From contig NC_091481.1 in assembly GCF_036971445.1 (NCBI RefSeq), positions 10,912,001 to 10,976,000 of the forward strand: 64,000 nt of DNA. Direction: 5' to 3'. Origin of the DNA: Narcine bancroftii. Taxonomy: Eukaryota. The notes beneath the pieces are model-generated. The model ran no database searches. It was not told the DNA's origin and worked only from the letters and a program-made list of their open reading frames with translations. Below, piece after piece: positions 25,085 through 38,489 of this stretch; within the stretch, counting starts at the first letter, position 1; each line of letters begins with the position of its first letter. Position numbers and translations under genes: made by a program.

Positions 25085-25580
25085 TCAGAAATCTGGGGGC
25101 AGAGGGAAGACTGTCTTTGCGCTCGACTTCAAGCTCCTGTCCCGGGTAGCAGGGTGAAGAGGGCATGGCCTGACTGATGGGGGGGCATAGAGCCTGCTTT
25201 CTGAAGACACTGCCTCTTGTAGGCATCCTGGAATGGAGTGCCATGATGGCACTGGCCGAGTTAACAACCCTCTGGAGTTTTTTTCCTTCATACCAGGCTG
25301 GCTGTAGCTGCAGTAACTCTGTGTGAGGCTTCGGGAGGACGGCGCAGGCTTCTATCCCGGAGGGTGATTGACAGCCGGCCGGGCGGGGCTTGATCCATTC
25401 AGGCCGACTGATTGACAGCCGGCCAGGTGTTGTCCCGTCCCTACACTCCTGCAGGTACAGAGGTTGCCCCCTGCAGTTGGACAGCGGTACAGGTACCGGT
25501 GTTGCCTCCTGCAGTGATGCACCCAGCCAGAATGCTCTCCACGGTACACCTGGACAAGTTTCCGAGAGTCTTCAGTGACA
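25085..25580 (-). mobile_element. Rex1/Babar-like LINE fragment interrupted by an LTR-like GC-rich insert (about 25285-25515)
   Basis: Flanks resemble 35480-35795 and 62040-62345; insert carries a duplicated TGATTGACAGCCGGCC. Confidence 0.5.
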
Positions 25581-28500
25581 GACCAAATAGCATTTTAATT
25601 ATAATTACTTATGGCATCGCAATTTCTTTTACATCCTGGAAAAATTACATGACTTTATTCGAATAAAAATAAATGTGGAACATTCAAGTCTGAAATTAAA
25701 AGTGCTGAAAAGATATATAGCTGCTTCCAGTAGAATTGTTTATTATTTATCAATAAATTAATATTATTTGCATTCTCTGGGTCTGGAGGAACACAAAGAG
25801 AAGGTTGGAATTATCAGACTCCCCTTCTCCTGAAAAATAATTAGTAGATCAAGTGAAGGAAAACATGAAATCTGCAGATGTCTAGTGCAGTACACAAAAG
25901 CACTGGCAAAACTCAGTCACACAACATCCATGAAAAGCACTCATGAAGAAGGGCTCAGACTGGAAACATCTGCTTTCTCTTGTTCATAAATGCTTAATTT
26001 CTTCAGCATTTTTGTCCAGAGCAGTAGACCACATGGGTCTGTATGACAATCAAGAACGTTCATGGTCATGCACGATCTTTTCTAAAACTCAGTTTCACTT
26101 CCAGATTTATGAACTGAATTTTAAATTTCACAACTGCTTTGACTTGAACTCCAGTGTCCGCATTATCAGTACAATAATTTAATCCATCTACCACTGAGGC
26201 TCTGGTATTTGAAGAAAATGAAATCTCCAAGCAAATGATGATTTAAAAATAAAGTCCAGAATGGAACTGCCTACGTTAAAGTTCATAAAGATGTAGAACT
26301 CAAATGACCGGGCTTTTCATTTATATTCTGAATTGCTATTCCAAGCTTTGTGAACATGTCCTTTCCACACACATATCCAATTCCTTTTTAAAGTTACTAT
26401 TTATTTTCTTATTCATGCATTCACTTCTACAGGGTCTCTCACTGCTTCTTTACCTAAACCCTTGCTCCTCAATCAACATCATCAGTCTTTATTTATTTAT
26501 TCAGGCCAATACAATCTCCCAATTATTGCTGCCTCGACTTTCAGAAATACTTAAATCTTGTTTTCCTGTCATAATGTCTGCCATCCTGTCCCCTTCAATA
26601 TTCAATACCCATTCATGGGGTGTGGTTACATTCCTTTTAATTTTCTAAAATCTAAACCTAAAGTCTCTGCCTCATGGCAGGTTAGGTCTTAAAATTAGGT
26701 TAATTAATATTCTTGCAGTAAAACCAGTGTTCTGGTTTCATCCCACCGTTCAATTGGGTGGCATGGGCTTGTGGGCCAAAAGGGGCAGTTACGTGTTATA
26801 TGTCTAAATTAAAATTAAATCAGAATTTTAACCTCAAATTTTCTGCTTCAGAAAAAAAACACAAATATCCTTTGCCATGTATGCAATAAAACTGGATTTA
26901 AAACTCCATGAACAAATATGAGAATGCTTTCTCATTTATAAAGTTTTAGAAAGAATGTATTCATGATGAGATGTTTTCTTGAACAAATGTTGTTCAAGCA
27001 CTGAACTTTCAACTTTAAAGATTATCCTTGGTTGTTTCAGGATTTTAGCAAAAAAACACTGAAATAGATTTCAAAATGTAGATGCTAAGATTCCAAATGA
27101 TCATAAACAATATTCTTGCCCTTTTCAGTGAGGTGTTATGATACAGCACAGTGTGGCTGAAAACAATCATTACTGAGCACTCCCAAGTTACATCTGAGAA
27201 GAAACCACTGAATGGCAACTAAAGACTGCCTGCCCATTGCCATCCAGCAATTGAGACAATTAGGCTTCACCAACCACAGTCTTTCTTTTTGACATTAAGC
27301 TCCAGCACCACCTCCACCAGTTCTCATCGATTTCAATATTGCTTGGCAAAATGTTGTCTTAACATCCAGGCATTTACTTCCATCTCACTTTGGAATTTAG
27401 GTTCTTTGTGTTAAAGTACAATATTTGTGTTTATGGTGATAGATTTCACTGAAGAACACAACAGCTTATACACCATGAATGAGATACCATTCATGAGACC
27501 ATTTGATTCATTTAATTTTTTTTTAAGGTACTGATGTGCTTCAGACCAACTCTGGACAATGCCTCTCCATCTTCATTTTATCACTCTGCATTTATTGGTA
27601 GAATTCTTACTTTCAAGTCAGATGTTTGAGGTCAAATCTTACTGCAGTTAGGAGCTAATGTAGATGACAGATCAGTATACTGCTAAGGGAAAGCTAAATC
27701 TAATGTACGGTACTTTAAGATGAACATTGTTCAAATGAAGACAAGATTCCCTCAAAATAGCAAGATAATTGTGCTCTGCCAACTTTTCCTTTTTAAATAA
27801 AATGTTCAATGGTATATTTATTGTGGAGCAATACTGGGTACAAAATGACTGCCATGTTCCCTACATTCACAGAAACTGCATTTCAACAGTACATTTATCA
27901 GTTATAAAGTGTTTATCAAGCTTATGACATCCTTAAAATATTATAAATGTAAAACCAGAAGGTAGTTTTGATTGTTAATTAATAGATCTGCAGAATTGTT
28001 ACGGCATAGAGTCAGATCCATCAAATTAATCAACAATGTATATTCCCACGAGAAAATGAACTTCAGCATATGGTTTCCAGAAAAAAAAAATCCAAGGTTA
28101 AGTACAGAGGCCCTGAAGTGTGAATAATTTTTCTCCAGTTGAAAGATCTTGTCACGAGCACAGACCATGCTCAACAGGCTTAAGTCAATTCCTGCTCCTA
28201 ATATGTATGAATGTTTCATTCATGATTCAATTCCAATGACATGAATCATTCCATGATTCTGTCCGCCAGCTGCATTGATTTCATGAAAATAATTAGAAGA
28301 GCTGGGATTCCCACATTGGAAGTTCTGAATAACCACATGGAAGCCTTAGTCACATTCCCTTCAAAACCACCATTCTCCTCCAGGGCTTCTGCTAGGTCAG
28401 ATTGAGTACCTCAGTCACACAGAAAAAAGCAGTCTGTGAATCAGAGTTGAACAATGCTACTCCTTCTCTCAGCCCCCTATTAAGGATCATCTTCCTTCCA

Positions 28501-30338
28501 AAGATAAATCTCCAAACAATCCTTAGTTTCAGACAGAAAGCCCTTGGCGTGCCCAACTTGAGTCACATGTTGGATGAATGCCTAAACCAATGTGCAAACG
28601 AGAAAGTGCAATTATGAATCACAGTGGAACAGGTTAACATTGTTCTAAGATTGTTAAATTGACACCAGCAGTGTCAAACCAAAACCCACATCAAACTGAT
28701 GACTGATAAAAGAAGCAAAGTTCAGCCCAACTTGGCAATTATTTACCCGTCTAAATCAAATATTTTCATGATTGCCCAGCTTGGGTAGTAAGATGTAAAC
28801 TACTACACCAAGCTATCCACCACTCGCCTGCCCCATAATGGATGAACACCTATCTCAGATTGCTCCATTCTACAGCTTCCCTGGATATTAACTGCACCTG
28901 ATATGTGATTATGCTTTAGTAATTTCAAGTGGCCATTCATAATTAGACTACATGTGTTGTGGACAAACATCACACCAACACCTGGCTCAGTCTACACCCA
29001 GTTGCACGGTGGATCAAACTGGAGGGTGGGCGCCAGAAATCACTGTTGTGGCAGGAGCACTGTTCGATTCAACCTAGTTACACCAATTTCAGATTGAAAA
29101 CTGGGTGGATGGAGATAGGAAAAGAATGGGTTGGTTGAGGAGCAAGCTCAGGGACATCTTCCTGCTGTGGCCAGCTCACTCTGTAGAATCTGAATGACTC
29201 TGAACATGACATTGGGCTCAACAATTTGGAGAGAAGAACTAGAATCAGGTCAATTTCCTCCATTAAAGAGCTCTATCAGAGTAGACAGGATCAAGATCTC
29301 CAACATAGTCAACCAAATAGTCCACCAAAATCTGAAGAGTGACCACTTATTAAAATACTGGAATGCTTCTGGTATTCAGGTTACTGCATCCAGCATTAAG
29401 TAGAGAAGGGTACTAGTTTTAATATTAAACAGGAAACTTTCTAAACTTCCTAAGAACTGGCTTCCATTGTCTTGGTATTACAAGTTAAAATAGACAAACA
29501 ATTAAAATCTTTAACCCACAACAACTACAATAAAAAAGTAATCACCGTGGTCAGGAATAGGGCACAGCTCAATGCTGTGGAAGGTTCCAACACTTATTCT
29601 ATGGAGTTCCAGCATTATCTAGAATATTTGATCCACAATTTATTTAAAATAAATCTCGAATTAGAAGTGCATTAGGAGGCCAGTCTTGGAAGAAGACATC
29701 CAGAAATACCACAATCTACAAGTACGAATTAGTCCAGGGTATTTCTACATTATTCTTTTTTCATATTTTTTCTTCCCCATTGAACCTTTTGTCTTTTACT
29801 TTAATCAACATCCATTCTCAACCCATTGTTACTGGATGTTATAAACACAAACCCACTATCATTGCCTCCTGCAGAACGTCAGAATTGGGGTGTTCAGGTA
29901 CATTATAACCAAATACAAAACAGCTGGACTTGCATGTGCTTTAAAAACTGCAGCACAGCATCATACATGTAATTATTCCAAGAGAACAGGAATCACTGCA
30001 GCAACTTTACCCACAGAAGTAAATCAGTTGTTCTGCAACTGAGAGAAAAATTCCAAATTCCTTATACTTCAGTCTTTTAGCCAGATTTGGCAACACTTTG
30101 CAGCCTTACTTTGAAGATCTTGAGATGTACATTCATCATCCAAAGGTATTGTTCTTCAAGCAACGAGACCGAAGGCACTCTTATTTGGGGGCATCTGACC
30201 AGACATTTAGCAAACAGAGAGTGATGAAGTCATGAGGAAAAGGCACAACGTTGGTTTCCATTCCTTTTGCGAAGCCCTTTCACTCGTACCAAATTCAAGA
30301 TCAAGGAGAATCTGACTTGAGAAGTGATTTTTGGATTC

Positions 30339-30393
30339 TTAATCTCCAAAGATCCACAAAACGTTCACTCCAGACAAGCCCAGATTTACCCTT
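30339..30393 (-). CDS. TMEM209: TMEM209 last coding exon (RVNLGLSGVNVLWIFGD-stop)
   Basis: taaacag acceptor; TAA at 30341-30339. Confidence 0.94.
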
Positions 30394-30937
30394 CTGTTTA
30401 AAAAAAAACAATTTAGATTAAATATGCTACCAAGGTACTGTCACCTACTAATTAGTTCAAGAAAAATGACATTTTAAGAATATTAAATGAATTTTAACTG
30501 ATTGAATCATATTCTAAGATCTCACCTACTTTCATATTCTACAGCTCAGCTAATTAGAAGAGCGGGATTATGGCACAATTTTATAAAAATACCAGTTAGA
30601 CTACTGCTGGAATAATTTGTACAGTTTGGGTCAATTAAAATTTGTGCTTAGACTGGAAAAGGTAGAGGAGATTAATCAGTGTTGCCTGGGATGAAACATT
30701 ATCAGTTATGAGAGATTAGATACAGTATGTTAGTTTTCCATGGAATAGAGGAGTCTAAAGGGGTGAGTGGTGTCGACAAGGCTGGTAGTAGGAATCACTT
30801 CTCTACCTAAATGAGAATATAGATTTAGGATAAGGGGTTAAAAGACTTAGGGAAGATTTAAGAAAGAACATTTTTAGTCAGAATATTGCTGTAATCTGGA
30901 GCACAGTACTTGAGTCAGTGATGGAGGCAGTGACTTT

Positions 30938-31320
30938 CAGCCCCTTTCAGATTGCCAACCTTCCTAGGAAGCAGGTAAACTTACCGGGCATGCTGCACTC
31001 AGGAGCCCTTCCCACTGAACCTTGATTTACCTGGTTAATTGGCAACCCAGCATTTTAAGGGGAGGGGGGGGGCCTGCCTCCAGCAGTGGCAATGCGAGAG
31101 CAGGTGGTGCTTTCACACCACCAGAAGACAATTAGTCAGTAAACTCAACCAGGCTCTGACGCTTGTCCCCACCAAGTGTCAGAGCCTGGTTGAATTGAAC
31201 TCGCCTGCCAGGTTGGGACGTTTCACACCACACAATTACTGGGTATGGATCCAGTAAATTACCCAGTTCAACCCACATGTAATGAACAGTGCAAGCATCC
31301 AGTTGAGCACTTGAATTTCC
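30938..31320. mobile_element. Probable MITE remnant with a central 21-bp stem hairpin (31145-31193)
   Basis: GCCCCTTTCA/GCCCTTCCCACTG starts and a strong internal palindrome. Confidence 0.45.
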
Positions 31321-31605
31321 AAAGCATAGACACCTACAGACCAAGGGCCTGTGATTAGTACAGACTTGAAGAAGGGCTCAGGCTCAAATGTCAGTAATAC
31401 ACTTTCATCTCCAATGGACACTGTGAGACTGGCTGAGTTCCTCCAGCTTTTCTGTGTTTTTAGTACAGAGAGGTACTTGATAGTCGAGATGTTGAGCTGA
31501 GAGGTCTGATTCTGTGCTACAACACTAACAAAAGGCTATTTCTTAAACCAAATCAAACACAAAAATACTGTTAATTCTATAATCATAAATCAAACAATTG
31601 AGTTA

Positions 31606-31710
<105 letters not shown>

Positions 31711-32042
31711 TTAAAAAAAATCTAAGTTAGATCACGAAATATACTTTAGTTAATTTTTTTATTCTGATCAAATGATATGGTGTCCTCCTGGTTGATTGTG
31801 AAAAAACTGTAACACTGTTTCTTAATCAACATTTCCTTCCAAGTGAACATCAACTAGATTGCAATGTCAATATTATCTTTCTAAAGGCAATATTTCTTGT
31901 ATCACAGAAGCATCAACATTTTGGAAGTATGTTGATGTCCACAGGTTGCAACAGAAAAGCTTTATGTTAAAGTAATCTTGATTCTAATTTTTGCATACTC
32001 TTATTTTGTCTTGCTGTCAATTTTACAAAGGCAGATTCCACT

Positions 32043-32715
32043 GTTTTTTTTTCTTTGGCTTGGCTTCTCGGAAGAAGATTTATGGAGGGGGTAAAAGTCC
32101 ACGTCAGCTGCAGGCTCGTTTGTGGCTGACAAGTCCGATGCGGGACAGGCAGGCACGGTTGCAGCGGCTGCAGGGGAAAATTGGTTGGTTGGGGTTTGGT
32201 GTTGGATTTTTCCTCCTTTGCCTTTTGTCAGTGAGGTGGGCTCTGCGGTCTTCTTCAAAGGAGGTTGCTGCCCGCCAAACTGTGAGGCGCCAAGATGCAC
32301 GGTTTGAGGCGATATCAGCCCACTGGCGGTGGTCAATGTGGCAGGCACCAAGAGATTTCTTTAGGCAGTCCTTGTACCTTTTTTTTGGTGCACCTCTGTC
32401 ACGGTGGCCAGTGGAGAGCTCGCCATATAACACAATCTTGGGAAGGCGATGGTCCTCCATTCTGGAGATGTGACCCATCCAGCGCAGCTGGATCTTCAGC
32501 AGCGTGGACTCGATGCTGTCGACCTCTGCCATCTCGAGTACTTCGACGTTAGGGATGAAAGCGCTCCAATGGATGTTGAGGATGGAGCGGAGACAACGCT
32601 GGTGGAAGCGTTCTAGGAGCCGTAGGTGATGCCGGTAGAGGACCCATGATTCGGAGCCGAACAGGAGTGCGGGTATGACAACGGCTCTGTATACGCTTAT
32701 CTTTGTGAGGTTTTT
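32043..32715 (-). mobile_element. RTE (BovB-like) LINE 3' fragment
   Basis: QLRWMGHISRMEDHRLPKIVLYGEL...GAPKKRYKDCLK...CSRCNR is a typical RTE ORF C-terminus. Confidence 0.9.
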
Positions 32716-33004
32716 CAGTTTCCACTGTAGTAAGTTGTAATTCCCTATTCATGTCCCAAACCACAGTCAAGCACATAATCTCGACTAACATTTTGTGCAA
32801 TAATCAAGCAAATTCTGCAAACCCAAGGTCCTTCCTCTCTCACTGGTCAACATTACACGACAAGATAAAAATCTTCATTTTGACATATTTGAAAAAGCAA
32901 TTTGGGGAAACAATGTCTTAATAAAAGTAATTTTTTTCCCCACTGTACCAGAGTTCATAAGAGAGGAGAAAATTAAAAATCAAATTACTCTTCTTTTTGG
33001 GTAC

Positions 33005-33102
33005 CTTTGGCAAACTGTACACTTGTCCTTGGTAGATTAGCTGATAGTGTGGAGGATTGATGTTGCTTTGGTGTATACAGAATAAATGTTCATTTGTGGT
33101 AT
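33005..33102 (-). CDS. TMEM209: TMEM209 coding exon 12 (CIHQSNINPPHYQLIY...LPK)
   Basis: ttttcag / GTACCC; 98 nt. Confidence 0.93.
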
Positions 33103-33436
33103 CTGAAAAAATAGAAAACAGGAAAAAAACACAAATTAAGCCACTGTAGGAATCTACAGGTGACCTAATTGATCAGAGTTAATTGATACCTCATTGCCAG
33201 TTGAAGGTAATGATGCAACCTCAGGAACATTTCATTCATTTCCAATTTAACCTGATGAGACTGACCCACAGCAAAATCTGCTATAAACAGTCACGTACTA
33301 GGTTATAAAATAGAAAACCGTGAGACTTGACATTCACTAACAGTAATCCAGGCCTCTTACATCAGCATGAAGGCAGAACAAGTGAGATAAGGAAATCCAA
33401 AGCATTAGGATTCATTTAAAAAAAAACCCAAGGGCG

Positions 33437-33720
33437 GTTTCTTTTGGCTTGGCTTCGCGGATGAAGATTTATGGAGGGGTAGAGTCCACGTCAGCTGCAG
33501 GCTCGTTTGTGGCTGACAAGTCTGATGCGGGACAGGCAGACACGGTTGCAGCAGTTGCAAGGGAAAATTGGTTGGTTGGGGTTGGGTTTTTCTTCCTTTG
33601 TCTTTTGACAGTGAGGTGGGCTCTGCGGTCTTCTTCAAAGGAGGTTGCTGCCCGCAGAACTGTGAGGCGCCAAGATGCACGGTTTGATGCGATATCAGCC
33701 CACTGGCGGTGGTCAATGTG
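33437..33720 (-). mobile_element. RTE (BovB-like) LINE 3' fragment
   Basis: Near-identical to 32050-32340. Confidence 0.88.
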
Positions 33721-34084
33721 GTTAGGGTTTGGTAAACAACATGAGATAGCCCAGAACTGATCATGTAGATCCATGCTGCCTAATTATTAACATGATGGAC
33801 ATGTATGTAATCAATTATGATGAGTCAAGCACCAGCTAAAATGAGCTGAAAAAAAATATAAAGTGCATGAGATGTCCAGTGGCTTGCTCATATTGAAATA
33901 AAATAAATGTTCGACTATCAGAACAGACCTGAGTGTAAAGTGATCCTCTCATCATTTGATTTTCTCTTTGAAATCTTTCTAAACATTCTCACTAGGTTGC
34001 TGATATTATAATGAGAAACCAAAATGTCAGAAGTTTCTTCATACTTCCCTCTCAAATAGATACCTATACATTTCAACTCACTGC

Positions 34085-36215
34085 CATCCACGCAAGACAC
34101 ACGGGAGACTGCAGATGCTGGAACATGAAGCAAAACGCAATCCGAAGGAGGAACACAATGTGTCAAGCAGCAATGGGAGGAAAAGAGTCAACATTTTGGG
34201 CTGAAACTCCTCATTAAGATTGAGGATGTGGAGAAGAGATGCAAGTAAAAAGAGACAGGATGGGAGGGGTAGGCCATGGGCTCTTGGGATTGACAAATGA
34301 GGAAGAGATAAAGCTTGCACAGAGGCAGTACATTAACAGATATGAAAAAAGGGAAGGAGGCAAAAACAGAGGTCAGGTGAAGGGGAATGGGTGATTAGAA
34401 GACAAAGGCTAACAATGCTGAAAAGAAGTAGCGACAATTGTGGCATAAAGAGCGTCCAGATGGGTGGGGGAGGAAGAAGGAGAGTGGAAGAATCAAGTGA
34501 GATCAGGGAGGAGAGGAATGGAATCAAAGACAAGAAGGAATAAGACTAATAGGAGACAAAAAAGGGGAAAGGGATTGAAGGGATTGGTATGGAAGGAGAG
34601 GACTTATTTCCTCTTTCAAAATTTAAAAACTATGTTCACACCATCAGGCTGTAGACTGCCCAGGCAGAATATGACAAGTTGTTTCTCTAGTTTATATTAG
34701 GCCTCACTCTGGCAGTGGAGAAGACTCAGGTCGGCATGGGAAAGAGGAGTTGAAATGGCATGCAACCAGGAGCTCAGGATGACTACTGGAGACAGGATGG
34801 TCTTCATTAGTGAGACCTCAGACTTGGGGACTATTTTGCAGAGCATCTACATTCTGTCTGCAATGGCTACCCTGAGCTCTCTGTTGTATACCACTTAACT
34901 TCCCATCCCACACTGATCTGTCGGTTCTGGGCCTTCTCCACTGCCTGAGTGCAGCAAAGTTAGTGTAGTGGCAATGCTATTACAGCGTCAGCAACTGGGA
35001 CTGGGGTTTGAATCCAGCGATATGTGGAGATTTTACATACTCCCACTGGTTTCCTCCAGGTGCACTGATTTCCTCCCACTGTTCAAAACAGTTGTAGGTC
35101 AATCAGGTGTAATTGGGCAGCATGGGCTTGTGGGCCGAAAGGGACTGTTACCACGTTGTACGCCTAAATTTAAAATAAACTAGAGGAACAAAAACTCATA
35201 TCACCTGGGCAGTCGACTGTCCACTGATGTCAACACAGAATTTTAAAATTTCAGGTAATGTGTCTGCTCTCTCTTCATCCTTACCTCTTTCACTCTTCTC
35301 CCTTCCCCTTTTTAAAAAAAATCCTTTCCCACCTACTCTGATCACCCCTTCTCTTTGGTTCAGAATCAGAATTTGTCATGAACGTTACGAAATTCGCTGT
35401 TTTGCGACAGCATTACAGTGCAAATGTTGGTATAAAATTACATGTAAAAATAAGACGTAGTGTCTGTGGTTCATTGTCCATTCAGAAATCTGATGGGGGG
35501 GCGGGGGTGTAGGGGAAGAGGGTGAGAAACTGCTCTTGTGCTGCTGGGTGATTGTCTTCAGGCTCCTGTACTTCTTCCTGATGGTAGCAGTGTGAAGAGG
35601 GCGTGGCTTGGATGGTGAGGGTCCATGAGAACAGAAGGTGCTTTCTTAAGACACCACCTCTTGTAGATGTCCTCAATAGAGTGGAGACTGATGCTTGTGA
35701 TGGCACTGGCTGAGTTCAGAACTCTCTACATTTTTAACTTATTTTGTGCATTGGCACCTCCATACCAGACAGTGATGTAACCAGTCAGAATGCTTTCCAT
35801 TTCCCTCCACCCCCATCACCGGATTCTTCTGCTCTCCTCCCCTTCTTCAGTTCCTGTGGTCTCTCTTTGTACCACCATTGTCACCTTATCATATTCCAAC
35901 ACTGGTAGCCTTTGTCTTCTCATAATCCATTCCATCCTTTATGCCTTATCTTCCTCCACCCGATCCCTCAGATTTGCTTGCTTCTACCCCCCTTTGTCTG
36001 GCATCTGCCAATCTACTCCCTCTGTCCATTGCCTCTTCCTCATTCACCATTCCCACATGAAGCAATGTCCTTGCTTTCCCACTCTGCCCTTTTTACAGAA
36101 GATTTTAATCTCCACATCCCCAGTCTTCAAGGGTTTCAGCCTGAAACGACAACCATTCAGTTTCTCCCATTGCCCAAACCATTAAATTCCTTCAGCAGAT
36201 TGTGTTTAGCCCTTC
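34085..36215. mobile_element. Nested cluster: Penelope-like remnants interrupted by a SINE (34965-35180, +) and a Rex1/Babar fragment (35360-35795, -)
   Basis: PLE terminal motifs (ctgcagatgctgg; ttcagcctgaaacg), SINE head and tail, Rex-type tail tcagaatcagaat. Confidence 0.55.
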
Positions 36216-36333
36216 ATGAGATCCTGTTTTGAAAGAAATAGCCTTACAACACCCACACAGTAAACACAACGCTGCCAATTGCCTGATTCCACTCTTCGAT
36301 GTTAAAGTGTGATTGGAAGCATTGCAATGATTA

Positions 36334-36591
<258 letters not shown>

Positions 36592-38489
36592 TTACTATGA
36601 ATATTCTTGATACACTTTTTGATTTACTACTTTCTCATAAAGCGTTAATATCTCTTATTTATAATAATTTACTTGATTTAAGGATAGCCTCATTAGTTAA
36701 AATTAAGGATGATTAGGAACAGGATTTGAATCTTTCATTCTCAGGTGAGGTATGGGACTATTTGTACTCTAATTAATACAACCCCCTTTTGTGCAGGACA
36801 CAATTTAAAATGGTCCAAAGAGTACACGTTGAAAGTTAGATTGTCTCACTTTTATAAATCCTCTATGAGACAATTGGTGAAGCTTCTTTGTTCACATGTT
36901 CTGGACTTGCTCGAGTTTAGAAAAATTTTGGAAAGGTACTTTTCAAATGTTATTGGTGATTCTCAAATTTAAATGAGAACCTTGCCTTCTAATTGCTCCA
37001 TTTGGATCATTTCCAGATGATGTTTTACTGATTCCAACTCAAAACCAAACGGTATCCTTTACTTCATTGACGGCCAGACGTGCAATTTTGATTAAATGAA
37101 AATATAATATTCCACTTACACACACTAGGTCTTGTTTAAGTTTAGAAAAATTAGATATGCCAAAGATTTAAATATTAACTTCCAAAAGACACAAGGCCCT
37201 TTTAAGGTCAACCATCACAATCTGAAGAATGAGAAATGTTGGAGCTGTGGTGACCATTTCCAAATAATTCCCACTTGATTCCTGTATGTTAACTTTTAAC
37301 CTTGTTTAGTGGTAGGGGGTTTTGATTAGAAAATCTTTTTTGGGTTTTTTTTTGTGTGTGGTTAATTCTATCCTTTAATATGGATTGTGCTCTGGATTTT
37401 AAAAAAAATCATGAAAAGCTTTTTAGTAATAATTTTCTTTCTTTTGATTCTTATAGCACAATATATAACTATACTGTTAAATTATTTATAATGAATAATA
37501 TAAACACCAATAAAAATATTTTTAAAAGAAAAATTATTATGGAAAATGGTCCCATCACCATCTCTGATCAGAAAGTTATTCTCTTTTCACTGACTCTGTT
37601 TCCATGACTGGGTTGCTTATATTCAGTGGAAATATTTACTTTGCCTTATTTACTCTCATTTGATTTGAAAACCTCTCAAATCTCCATTCAATCTTATCAA
37701 TTTCAAGAGAACAACCTTTTCCCATTATCATTCTGATAAAATTCATCTATAGTGAACAGGAGTACGATCTTGGCCGAGGTCTTTTAAGAAAATGCTTTAG
37801 TTAGCAGTGACTAAATATACCATCACTCCAATCAACTACATAAACCGGATCCTTCTGGTTGAATAGGAGAATGGTAAGAAGCCTAACTAATCAACTAATT
37901 ATTGAGAATAACTGAGCAAAGTACATCCTTCTGTAAAATCTAATATTGGATGAAAATAGGTTTAAATCAGTGATTTTCTTAATGTATTTTGGTCATTGTC
38001 ATGTCAATTAGCTGCCAATTGATGCTATATGTCTGGCTTTCTCATCCAAAAGAGAAAGTCAGTGATTCAAGCCCAAATTCAGAGATTAAAAAGAAAACTG
38101 ATGAGACTGGAAATCTGAAAGAACAAAAAACATTGAAGGAATTTAACATGCCTGGCAGAACCTATGGAGAGAGAGCAGTTGATGTTTCAGGTTAGTAACT
38201 TAATCAAAGATGCTAATTTTCCTGAAATGTTAACTATTTCTCGCTCCACAAATATTACTTGATCAACAGAAAGAGAAATTGAGCATGGAATGGATATTCT
38301 CATTTGAGAAAATCTCTAGGAGCACTTGAAATGCCAGGGCATAGGAAAATACAGGCCAAATGCTGTTGTATGAGATTAGTATAGATGGGTAATTAATGGT
38401 TGACATGGTCACAGAAGGACAAAAGGTCTATTTCTATGCTATGCTATATGACTTAATAACCATCTGTCCTTGTTTCCTGATGTAAGTAC

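Noticed and set aside
26000-30338. Additional gene or a defined TMEM209 poly(A) site in this interval
   Set aside because: No exon-like ORF with homology that I can recognise. Several AATAAA/ATTAAA candidates exist (for example 29639-29644 on minus) and cannot be ranked without 3'-end data.
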